This document shows, one piece after another, positions 49,795 to 61,320 of a stretch of 64,000 bases of DNA. Both the position numbers and the translations under genes were made by a program. The stretch spans positions 15,463-79,462 of the forward strand of contig CAXIUT010000291.1 in assembly GCA_964035545.1 (NCBI GenBank), written 5' to 3'. Source of the DNA: Bugula neritina (taxonomy: Eukaryota > Animalia > Bryozoa). The stretch's first letter is position 1. Every line of letters begins with the position of its first letter. A model generated the notes under the pieces. It had not been told where the DNA came from. It saw nothing but the letters and a program-made list of their open reading frames with translations, and ran no database searches.

Positions 49795-50394
49795 CTACGA
49801 ACAGCTAAGCGCTGCGCCGTAATTGCCGAGGTAATTATTACTTTCCACTGTGCCCCAGCCAATATTAGTGAACTGGTTACCCGGACGCGTACCGGCTGAA
49901 TTGTCTGGCACATTAAACGGGTCATCATCATCCATCAGGCGGACATCCGACACACAACCCCCCGAATTACGGAAAGAAAATATCAGTTTTTCCTCGTCCG
50001 CCTCCCATTGGTAGAAGTTGGCGTCACCCGTTAGGCCGACATAGGAGAAGGAAATATAATCGTATTCAGGATTTTCTTCCGGTGCGTCCACACGCGCCGT
50101 TTCCACCCAGCTGGCATCGCCGACATAGTTTTGTACGTCTTCCGCCTGGAACAGGCTATCACCGGGAACCCGGATAGTTAGCTGGCCGGTAAGGCTAAGG
50201 TCGGGTTTCGGTAGTACCGTTGGTTTCATCCAGACCTCATATGTTTCGCCATCATCCGCCAGCGCCAGTTTGTACTCAAGTACCTGTTCGCTGTCGTCTG
50301 CGTTATCCGTTGCGCTGGCTGTACCTATACAACAAGCCAGTAATACACCACCAGCCAGTGGCAGTGTTTGAGGTATAAATTTGGCTATTTTCAT
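49795..50394 (-). CDS. Small secreted protein: a single stand-alone copy of the domain repeated in the 3326-aa protein
   Basis: Signal peptide; LEY...YEVWMKP..PDLSLTGQLTIRVP...RVDAPEEN..DYISF...FSFRNSGGC...DPFN...GNQFTNIGWG aligns by eye along its full length. Confidence 0.9.
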   Translation of the reverse strand: MKIAKFIPQTLPLAGGVLLACCIGTASATDNADDSEQVLEYKLALADDGETYEVWMKPTVLPKPDLSLTGQLTIRVPGDSLFQAEDVQNYVGDASWVETARVDAPEENPEYDYISFSYVGLTGDANFYQWEADEEKLIFSFRNSGGCVSDVRLMDDDDPFNVPDNSAGTRPGNQFTNIGWGTVESNNYLGNYGAALSCS

Positions 50395-50428
50395 GAATCT
50401 CTCTTATTATTTTTTATTTATGGGCTTA

Positions 50429-50486
50429 GCTATTTCTCTTCCCCCCTACGCTAACCGAAAGGGTCGTATAGGGGGGAGAGAATAGC
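50429..50486. other. Long intergenic hairpin
   Basis: GCTATTTCTCTTCCCCCCTACG...CGTATAGGGGGGAGAGAATAGC. Confidence 0.65.
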
Positions 50487-50511
50487 AATTAGTTAGGACT
50501 CATTGATTGTA

Positions 50512-53500
50512 TTAAGGAGTCACTATTTGGTCCATACCTCCGATTAGAATAAAGTTAGCTGCAAAGACACTATTATTTGGATGTAACAAGACATTAGCTA
50601 ACATAATGTTAATATCATTGTCCGCACCGGCAAATATTGTCATACCATCCATGTTGAGGTCAGTACTAAGGTAACCATGCAGTACGTAGTTGGAGTTAAA
50701 GTACGCTGCGTTACCCGGCGCTGTTAGTACATTACCCAGCACACTGTTCGCATCATTACTGACACCGTAAGCAATGGCAGTTTGATCCTGGTTAGCATCT
50801 CCGGCCCACATGAGTCTAATGCTACCCGCTTCCAGTCGCGCCGGATTCGCTGTGCTATCGCCCATTGCCTGTGTAGTTGGCAACGTGAAATCAACCATCG
50901 TGGTGGTAGCGCTCAGACTAACCGGGTTTTCCGTCATCACACCCGGATGGTTCCGGTGGCGTACGCTAACGTGGTAATCAGCATCCGCGACACCGTAGAA
51001 CGTGATAGTGTCATCACCCGTAGCCGCATTCGCCAGATCACCATCGCGTTGTACCATGACCGCGTAACTGGCTTCGATGGTCGTTGGGTCGGCCGCATTA
51101 CGCAGTTCCAGCAACACCCAATCCACGACATCATCTTCTATATAAGCCGCGTCGGCGACTACCGCCGTACTGAGGGTCTCGGTTCCATCATGACCAAAGG
51201 GTGCTTCGCCATACGGATGCGCCGTCGGTAACAGCTCGCTGGTACGTAGCGTATCATTCATTAGGCCAAGACTGCTGTCGTAGGCCCCCTGTAGATAAGT
51301 ACGCACCTGGAGCTTAACCATTGCTGCGCCGGCAAGCGGAGTCACAATGTCATTGTAGCCATCAGCCGGAGCTACATCTGTTGGCACCGCAAGGGTTTCA
51401 TCAGATTCATCACCGTTGTTAATACCATCGTTATCATAGTCCAGGCTACCATCCGGCGTTCCGTCGGTTGTTTCCGGGTCTAACGGATCGGTACCGACTA
51501 ATGCTTCGTCCGCGTCACTAACGCCGTCGCCGTCGTCATCGGTATCGGTCGCATCCGGTATTCCGTCATTATCGAAATCATTATCCATATAATCCGGAAC
51601 ACCATCACCGTCGGCATCAGGACAGGTATAACCATTCGGACATTCAGCATCGTCATCGACACCATCGCCATCCGCATCACCCGCGCCCGCTGTTTCATCA
51701 TTCGGGTCAAGGTGCGCCGGGATACCGTCGCCATCGTTGTCTTTCCAGATACCGGTTTCCACGCCACCCTGCTCGCCGCCGGTACCATCAGTACCTTCAC
51801 CGTCGCCATCAGCGTTGTCGTCGTTGTGATCCGTCGCGCCGTCACCATCGGTGTCGAGTATGTTGGATTCCAGACGATCCGGGATACCATCGTTATCGGT
51901 ATCGGTCGTACCTTCCGTTGCATCCGGCGTACCGTCACCGTCGGAGTCAGTATCCATGTAATCCGGGATACCATCGCCATCGGAGTCAGGACAGATATAG
52001 CCATTCGGACATTCAACGTCGTCGTCGATACCGTCGCCATCCGCATCACCCATACCCGCTGTTTCATCATTCGGGTCAAGGTGCGCCGGGATACCGTCGC
52101 CATCGTTGTCTTTCCAGGGGCCTTCTAACACACCGGCCTGTTCGCCGCCGGTACCATCTGTACCTTCGCTATCGCCGTCAGCATCGTTGTCGTCGAAATC
52201 GAAGTAACCATCACCATCGGTGTCGAGTATGTTGGATTCCAGTCGATCCGGAATACCGTCACCGTCTTCGTCGGTGGTGCCTTCGTCTACATCTGAGATG
52301 CCATCGTTATCGTCGTCGGTGTCGGTTATATCCGGAATGCCGTCGCCGTCACTGTCGATGAGATCCGGTGTATCCATGTAATCCGGGATACCATCACCAT
52401 CGGAGTCAGGACAGGTATAGCCATTCGGACATTCAACGTCGTCGTTGATACCATCGCCATCCGCATCACCCGCGCCAGCCGTGTTGTCATTCGGGTCAAG
52501 GTGCGCCGGGATACCATCGCCATCGTTGTCGTTCCAAACACCGGTTTCCACGCCATCCTGCTCGCCGCCGGTACCATCAGTACCTTCACCGTCGCCATCA
52601 GCGTTGTCGTCGTTGTAATCCTTCGCGCCGTCACCATCGGTGTCGAGTATGTTGGATTCCAGACGATCCGGGATACCATCGTTATCGGTATCGGTCGTAC
52701 CTTCCGTTGCATCCGGCGTACCGTCACCGTCGGAGTCAGTATCCATGTAATCCGGGATACCATCGCCATCGGAGTCAGGACAGATATAGCCATTCGGACA
52801 TTCAACGTCGTCGTCGATACCGTCGCCATCCGCATCACCCATACCCGCTGTTGCATCATTCGGGTCAAGGTGCGCCGGGATACCGTCGCCATCGTTGTCG
52901 TTCCAGATACCGGTTTCTACGCTATTCTGCTCGCCGCCGGTACCATCAGTACCTTCGCTGTCGCCATCAGCGTTGTCGTCGTTGTAATCCATCGCGTTGT
53001 CACCATCGGTGTCGAGTATGTTGGATTCCAGACGATCCGGGATACCATCGTTATCGGTATCGGTCGTACCTTCCGTTGCATCTAATATACCGTCACCGTC
53101 GGAGTCAGTATCCATGTAATCCGGGATACCATCACCATCGGAGTCAGGGCAGATGTAACCATTCGGACATTCAACGTCGTCGTCGATACCGTCGCCATCC
53201 GCATCACCCATACCCGCTGTTGCATCATTCGGGTCAAGGTGCGCCGGGATACCGTCGCCATCGTTGTCGTTCCAGGGGCCTTCTAACACACCGTCCTGTT
53301 CGCCGCCGGTACCATCCGTACCTTCGCTATCGCCGTCAGCATCGTTGTCGTCGAAATCGAAGTTACCATCACCGTCGGTGTCGAGTATGTTGGATTCCAG
53401 TCGATCCGGAATACCGTCGCCATCGGTGTCGGTGGTGCCTTCGTCTACATCTGAGATGCCATCGTTATCGTCGTCGGGGTCGGTTATATCCGGAATGCCG

Positions 53501-56500
53501 TCGCCGTCACTGTCGATGAGATCCGGTGCATCCATGTAATCCGGGACACCATCACCATCGGAGTCAGGACAGATATAGCCATTCGGACATTCAACGTCGT
53601 CGTTGATACCATCGCCATCCGCATCACCCGCGCCAGCCGTGTCGTCATTCGGGTCAAGGTGCGCCGGGATACCGTCGCCATCGTTGTCGTTCCAGGGGCC
53701 TTCTAAAACACCGTCCTGTTCGCCGTTATTGCCATTATCACCATCGTCTCCTTCAATGTCACCGTCAGCATTGCTGTCGTTGAAATCGAAGTTACCGTCA
53801 CCGTCGGTGTCGATAATGTTGGATTCAATGCGATCCGGAATACCGTCACTATCGGTGTCGGTGGTGCCTTCGTCTACATCTGAGATGCCATCGTTATCGT
53901 CGTCGGGGTCGGTTGCGTCCGGAATGCCGTCGCCGTCACTGTCGACATTAGCTCCACCCCGGAAATCAACTTCGGGGCTGTAGGCGTCAACATTAAGTAA
54001 GCCGTCGCTGCTGCCCAGCGGATCATTCACACTGCCATCAGGATCAGCATAGGTCGGCGCGGTCGCTACGGCGCTTCCGCCTTCGTCGGCGTCGGATATA
54101 CCGTCACCATCGCTGTCCGGATCCAAATAGTCGGGCGTCGTATCAGCCGTGTCGTTGGCATCGGCGTTGGCCGTGTTGGCCCCTGCGATAAAGGCGTTGT
54201 TCGATTCGCCGGTTGCAAAGCCAACGCCAGCGGTAGCGGTATCGTAGATATCAAGGATACCGTCATCGTCGCTGTCGGCGGCGTCATCGGTGCCAGCGTA
54301 AGCGACGTAATAAGTCGATGCGCGAGCTTCGGTCGCATCGCCGATACCATCATCGTCACTATCCAAGTCGAGATAGTCAGCCAGATCGTCACCAGCCGTG
54401 TTGAAGCTGTCAACGGGGGCTGTACCGATAGAGTCGGCAGCTGTATTTCCAGTTGAGATGTCAGCATCAAAGATATCCATCAGGCCATCGCCATCGGCAT
54501 CAGCAACACCGCCATTGGCAGCGGCAGCTTCAGCAGCGGAGATTGTCCCGTCGTTGTTGGTGTCGGCTGCGATTAGAGCCGCCGTTGCACCACTTTCAAC
54601 CAGGTCGCTGATTCCGTCGTTGTCACTGTCGAGATCCTCATGGTTGCTGATACCGTCACCATCGGTGTCAAGAAACCCTGCTGAACTACCAGAGCTACTA
54701 CTGCTACTACTACTGCCGCTACCACTACTCAGGCCATAGTCCTGGTCAGTAAAAGTCTCAATGACCTGACCACCAAAATTCATGTGTATCCCTGAGAGCA
54801 ATACCGTCGGCATACCGAGTAGTTCGTAGTTCCCATTCCCGTCCGTTACCAAGGCAAAAGTATCGTAATGTGATTGAATTGCACCAATCAAATCAGGCGT
54901 GGTAAAAGAAGAGACGTCTAATGAAACCGCATCATTATTGATAAACAGCTGGTCATTTGTGTAGTCAGCACGCATCAGATATGCTGATGTTATACCTGTA
55001 TCAATGTCTTCAATGTCTGTTCCGGCTATGTGCAACGTGGCATCGGTACCAGCGCTATTAGCCGTGAATGTATTGCCAGCCGAATCAAGAATAAAGGGGG
55101 GGCCTTGTACTGGATTAACAATATCAACAGCTGTACCGCTGAAGTTAGGATCGGTTATCACGAGCTGGGTAACGGGAATTGGGGCTGCGGTGGCATTAGA
55201 TAGCCACGTCCAAAGCGTACCGTCGTCTTTTAACGCGATAGCCCGCTGGGTATACGGATAGGCGCTAAAATTGTCGCTGATTTGAACGACACCCGAGCCC
55301 AAGCCCGTAAACTCAGCCACTGTGCCAGTCGAATCAACGGGTGCAGTATAGACCGTGCCATCTGCTCGGAAAGCGTAAAAACTCCCAGTCCCGCCACCAC
55401 CAGAAACCGAGACGAAGTCTTTATTCTCCGCTCCAGTGTATAGTGCTGCCGCATCTGTTCCAATGGTAGTGGAGGTCATTGGAAGGCGCATGATTCGGCC
55501 ATCATCTAACAAGAGCGCGGCATTGCCGTGGTCTGCGGTAACAGACGTGACCTTGGCGCCGGTTGGGATCCCAATAATTGGCACGGGATTACCAGCGGGG
55601 TCTCTTATCACACGACCATATAAGTTGCCATCGGTACCGATCATGAGTGCATGAGATTCAATCGAAAAGAAGGTCTCAAAGGTGATCCCATTACTGGCCG
55701 AATTGGTCCAGTCAGCCGTCGTAACTCTGTCCCTGAATCGGGTTATCGTACCGTCGGTCATGAGGACAACGTGCCCCTCTCGTCCGTCTTCAGCATAAGC
55801 GCCTGCATTCGGCCCCATTAATGCGGTAAAAATGTCACTGGCATTTATTTCGGAAGGTGCCTCTACACTATCCAGAATCCCATCGTTGTCAGCGTCGATG
55901 TCGCTGGCGTCGGGAACGCCGTCGCCGTCGGAGTCGGCTACGCTACGGAAATCAACTTCGGCGCTGTCGGCGTCAACATTAAGTAAGCCGTCGCTGCCGC
56001 CCAGCGGATCATTCACACTTCCATCAGGATCAGCATAGGTCGGCGCGGTCGCTACGGCGCTTCCGCCTTCGTCGGCGTCGGTTATGCCGTCACCATCGCT
56101 GTCCGGATCCAAATAGTCGGGCGTCGTATCAGCCGTGTCGTTGGCATCGGCGTTGGCCGTGTTGGCCCCGGCGATAAAGGCGTTGTTCGATTCGCCGGTT
56201 GCAAAGCCAACGCCAGCGGTAGCGGTATCGTAGATATCAAGGATACCATCATCGTCGCTGTCGGCCGCGTCATCGGTGCCAGCGTAAGCGACGTAATAAG
56301 TCGATGCGCGAGCTTCGGTCGCATCGCCGATACCATCATCGTCACTATCCAAGTCGAGATAGTCAGCCAGATCGTCACCAGCTGTGTTGAAGCTGTCAAC
56401 GGGGGCTGTACCGATAGAGTCGGCAGCTGTATTTCCAGTCGAGATGTCAGCATCAAAGATATCCATCAGGCCATCGCCATCGGCATCAGCAACACCGCCA

Positions 56501-59500
56501 TTGGCAGCGGCAGCTTCAGCAGCGGAGATTGTCCCGTCGTTGTTGGTGTCGGCTGCGATTAGAGCCGCCGTTGCACCACTTTCAACCAGGTCGCTGATTC
56601 CGTCGTTGTCACTGTCGAGATCCTCATGGTTGCTGATACCGTCACCATCGGTGTCAAGAAACGCTGCTGAACTACCAGAGCTGCTACTACCACTACCGCT
56701 ACCTCCGCTCAGGCCATAGTCCTGGTCGGTAAAAGTCTCAATGACCTGACCACCAAAATTCATGTGTATCCCTGAGAGCAATACCGTCGGCATACCGAGT
56801 AGTTCGTAGTTCCCATTCCCGTCCGTTACCAAGGCAAAAGTATCGTAATGTGATTGAATTGCACCAATCAAATCAGGCGTGGTAAAAGAAGAGACGTCTA
56901 ATGAAACCGCATCATTATTGATAAACAGCTGGTCATTTGTGTAGTCAGCACGCATCAGATATGCTGATGTTATACCTGTATCAATGTCTTCAATGTCTGT
57001 TCCGGCTATGTGCAACGTGGCATCGGTACCAGCGCTATTAGCCGTGAATGTATTGCCAGCCGAATCAAGAATAAAGGGGGGGCCTTGTACTGGATTAACA
57101 ATATCAACAGCTGTACCGCTGAAGTTAGGATCGGTTATCACGAGCTGGGTAACGGGAATTGGGGCTGCGGTGGCATTAGATAGCCACGTCCAAAGCGTAC
57201 CGTCGTCTTTTAACGCGATAGCCCGCTGGGTATACGGATAGGCGCTAAAATTGTCGCTGATTTGAACGACACCCGAGCCCAAGCCCGTAAACTCAGCCAC
57301 TGTGCCAGTCGAATCAACGGGTGCAGTATAGACTGTGCCATCTGCTCGGAAAGCGTAAAAACTCCCAGTCCCGCCACCACCAGAAACCGAGACGAAGTCT
57401 TTATTCTCCGTTCCAGTGTATAGTGCTGCCGCATCTGTTCCAATGGTAGTGGAGGTCATTGGAAGGCGCATGATTCGGCCATCATCTAACAAGAGCGCGG
57501 CATTGCCGTGGTCTGCGGTAACAGACGTGACCTTGGCACCGGTTGGGACCCCAATAATTGGCACGGGATTACAACTGGGTCTCTTATCACACGACCATAT
57601 AAGTTGCCATCGGTACCGATCATGAGTGCATGAGATTCAATCGAAAAGAAGGTCTCAAAGGTGATCCCATTACTGGCCGAATTGGTCCAGTCAGGCCGTC
57701 GTAACTCTGTCCCTGAATCGGGTTATCGTACCGTCGGTCATGAGGACAACGTGCCCGTCTCGTCCGTCTTCAGCATAAGCGCCTGCATTCGGCCCCATTA
57801 ATGCGGTAAAAATGTCACTGGCATTTATTTCGGAAGGTGCCTCTACACTATCCAGAATCCCATCGTTGTCAGCGTCGATGTCGCTGGCGTCGGGAACGCC
57901 GTCGCCGTCGGAGTCGGCTACGCTACGGAAATCAACTTCGGCGCTGTCGGCGTCAACATTAAGTAAGCCGTCGCTGCCGCCCAGCGGATCATTCACACTG
58001 CCATCAGGATCAGCATAGGTCGGCGCGGTCGCTACGGCGCTTCCGCCTTCGTCGGCGTCGGACACGCCGTCACCATCGCTGTCCAGATCCAAATAGTCGG
58101 GCGTCGAATCAGCCGTGTCGTTGGCATCGGCGTTGGCCATGTTGGCCCCGGCAATAAAGGCGTTGTTCGATTCACCGGTTGCAAAGCCAACTCCGGCGGT
58201 AGCGGTATCGTAGATATCAAGGATACCGTCATCGTCGCTGTCGGCGGCGTCATCGGTGCCAGCGTAGGCGACGTAGTCGGTTGAAGCGCGAGCTTCGGTC
58301 GCATCGCCGATACCGTCGTTGTCGCTATCTAGGTCGAGGTAATCAGGCGTGCCATCGGCCACCGTTTCACTATCGACCGGAGCGGTTCCAATTGATGCGG
58401 CATCTGAACTGTCTGCTTTGTCAGCATCGAACAGATCCATCAAGCCATCGCCGTCGGCGTCGGCAACGCCTGTTCCGCCATTAGCCAGATCATAGGCTAT
58501 AGCTTCAGCATCGGAGATTGTCCCGTCGTGGTTGGTGTCAGCTGCGATTTGAGCCGCCGTTGCACCACTTTCAACCAGGTCGCTGATCCCGTCGTTGTCA
58601 CTGTCCAGGTCAGCATGGTTGCTGATGCCGTCACCATCGGTGTCAAGGAAGCCTGCTGAACTAACAGAGCTGCTACTGCCGCTGCTACCGCTACCGCTGC
58701 TTAGGTCATAGTCCTGATCGGTAAAGGTCAGAAGGACCTGATCAGGAATAATATGTGCCGATGAAAGACCCAGCGTTCCTATGCCGAGTAGTTCGTAGTT
58801 CCCATTACCGTCCGTTACCACGGCCAGCGTATCTGAATGGAGTTGAATGGCACCGACCAAATCGGGCGTACTGAAAGAAGATATGGCTAGTGAAACCGTC
58901 GTCTCATCAACGAAAAGCTGGTCATTGGTGTAGTCAGCACGCAACAGAAATCGTGTGTGACCCATGTCAATGTCTTCAATGCCTGTACCGGCTATGTGCA
59001 ACGTGGCATCGGTACCAGCAAGATTAACCTCAAACGTATTACCAGCCGAATCAAGAACATACACAGTCCCGGTTGTTGTGGCCGTAACATCAACCACCGG
59101 ACCGCTGAAGTTAGTATCGGTGACCGTGAGCTGAGTAGCGGTAATTGGCTGTGAAGTAGCGGTAGGATCCCATGTGAAAACAGTACCGTCATCTTTTAAT
59201 GCGACAGCTCTACCTCTGGTAGCATCAGTAATTTTCGTAACACCCGAACCCAGGGTTGTAAACTCCTCCACTGTGCCTGTTGTAGTAGCGGGTGCTGTAT
59301 AAACCGTGCCATCTGCCCGGAAGGCATAGAAATTCCATTCACGCCACCACCAGCAACAGAGACGAACCCTGTATTATCCGCTCCGTTATACAGTGCCGCT
59401 GGTGCATTAGAGACATTGAAGGGTAGTGGAAGGCGCATCATTCGACCATCATCTAGCAAGAGCGCGGCATTTTTGTCGTCAGCGGTAACCGAAACGACCC

Positions 59501-60191
59501 TGGTGCCAGTTGGAATCCCTGTAACGACAGTGAAGCGAGCAGCATTCATTCCTATTTCATGGTAATAAAAATTTCCATCGCTACCATTCGCGAATACGTG
59601 AGCTTCATGTGAAAAGACGTCTTCAAAGGTAATCCCATTAGTGGCCGAATTAGTCCAGTCAGTAATTACAGACTGTACCACCACTCGCGTTAGCTCGCCG
59701 TTGGGCGTGCGGAAGACAATTCCTGCGGCACCGTCTTCACCATAAACGCCTGCATTCGCTCCCATTAATGCGGTAAAAATTGCATTGGCATCCGGAGCGG
59801 CCGGAGCCTCTGTACTATCCAAAATACCGTCGTTGTCAGCGTCGATGTCGCTGGCGTCGGGAACGCCGTCGCCGTCGGAGTCGGTACTATTAGCCTCTGC
59901 CGCCGGTACCAACGTTTCCAGAATACCCACATAACGCGAATGAAACCCGGAAGAAGAATCAAATAAACCACCCGCCGCTGTTAGCGACAACATCATAACG
60001 AATACAATGCCGAAAAAAGACGCTAAGATGGAGGAGAGTCCGGGCGGACTCCCGGTTCGTCGCCTTTTTCGCTCTCTTGATACTCTATTGAAAGGCGGGG
60101 ATGCCTGCTGTGGGTGAGAATATGACTGAGTGTTATCCGGGGTTGTATCGTGACCGCCCATAGGAATGTGTGATTTTTCTCGTTGGCTCAT
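50512..60191 (-). CDS. ~3200-aa surface protein split into three ORFs by frameshifts: three 660-aa modules, Asp-rich Ca-binding (TSP3-like) repeats, C-terminal beta domain plus dockerin-like module
   Basis: ORFs 59196-60191, 57691-59271 and 50512-57564 join through indels at ~59340, ~57694 and ~57572, seen by comparison with the intact repeat copy; many DxDxDGIPD motifs; C-terminal GDANQD and DLNMDG loops. Confidence 0.85.
51500..53945 (-). repeat. Six Asp/Gly-rich units of ~369 or ~420 bp, each containing ECPNGY(I/T)CPD
   Basis: CATTCGGACATTCA recurs at ~51634, 52002, 52422, 52791, 53160 and 53580. Confidence 0.9.
53960..59890 (-). repeat. Three copies of a ~1980-bp (660-aa) module; two near-identical, one divergent
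   Basis: For example 55004 vs 56984 and 55832 vs 57812 give identical shadow ORFs 1980 bp apart. Confidence 0.93.
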
Positions 60192-60561
60192 TATAACCGC
60201 CTTCTTATTTTGGGTGCTGGTTTCAATTGCTCAAAACTGAGATTAGACTGAAACAATAATTATTATTGATAGCCTATAAGTATATAGTATGGTTGCGCTC
60301 CGTTGCAAGATGGAGAAAGGATAAACGGGGAGGTAACATGAAAAAAGATGTAACGTATCGTTTGTGCCGATCCGGCTATCAATAGCATATCCCGGTCGCG
60401 CACGTAACGCGCTTCAGCAATGGGAGTAGCAAAAGCGTGCTTTAATATCCGGCCCGGGCCTCAGGCGATGGTTTGTTGTGATACACAAACCAAAAGGGTG
60501 GAAATCGTGGTCTATAAACAGCAGAATATCTTCCGCATATTAACGACAAAAGGAAGATGAC

Positions 60562-61320
60562 ATGAATCACGCTGAACAGCCAATCGCCCTGATAACCGGT
60601 GGCGCACAGGGTATTGGCTATGCCTGTGCTGAGGCTATCGCTGAAAATGGCGCACAGATTGTACTGGCTGATATTAACGCAGAAGGTGTACAAGCCGCCG
60701 CAGAAAAAATGGGTAATGATACGCTGGCGATTAGCTGTGATCTTAGTAAACCGGATCAGATCCAGCAGATGTTCGACCAAATCGAAGAACAGCGTGGCCC
60801 GGTGGGGATTTTGGTAAATAATGCCGGAGTTGCCCGTCCCGGTGATTTACTGGACACCTCGGTCGAGGATTTTATGAGCGTGATTAATCTTAACCTGTTG
60901 GGTACTTTTGTTGCATTACAACGTGCCGCGAAAGGTATGGTCGCCCATAACATTGAGGGCGCTATTGTCAACATGTCCTCAATTAACGCACAGGTTGCCA
61001 TCCCATCGATTGCGTCTTACTGTGCTTCCAAAGGTGGCGTGATGCAGCTCACTAAATCCGCCGCACTTTCTCTCGCGCCACATAACATCCGGGTAAATGC
61101 AGTGGGGCCGGGGTCGATTGATACCGCGATGCTGGCCGGGGTGAATGCGAACCCGGAAGCGATGAAAACGGTGATGTCGCGTACCCCGTTACAGCGGATT
61201 GGCTCGGCGCGGGAAGTGGGCGATGTCGTCGCGTTCCTCGCGAGTGAGAAAGCGAGCTATATTACCGGTGAGACGGTTTATGTTGATGGTGGCCGCTTGG
61301 GTATGAACTATACCTGCTGA
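60562..61320 (+). CDS. SDR family NAD-dependent oxidoreductase
   Basis: TGGAQGIG, LAD (NAD preference), NNAG, YCASK, YITGE..VDGG. Confidence 0.95.
   Translation: MNHAEQPIALITGGAQGIGYACAEAIAENGAQIVLADINAEGVQAAAEKMGNDTLAISCDLSKPDQIQQMFDQIEEQRGPVGILVNNAGVARPGDLLDTSVEDFMSVINLNLLGTFVALQRAAKGMVAHNIEGAIVNMSSINAQVAIPSIASYCASKGGVMQLTKSAALSLAPHNIRVNAVGPGSIDTAMLAGVNANPEAMKTVMSRTPLQRIGSAREVGDVVAFLASEKASYITGETVYVDGGRLGMNYTC

Noticed and set aside
50782-58484. Arg/His-rich and Ser/Pro-rich repetitive ORFs
   Set aside because: Shadow frames of the Asp-Gly repeats.
53960-59890. Diversity-generating retroelement template/variable repeat pair
   Set aside because: No reverse transcriptase in the window, both copies are coding, and the differences are not adenine-specific.
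39664-60191. RTX/type I or autotransporter adhesin assignment
   Set aside because: No GGxGxD nonapeptide arrays, no C-terminal barrel, no adjacent secretion genes; N-terminal signal sequences are present instead.
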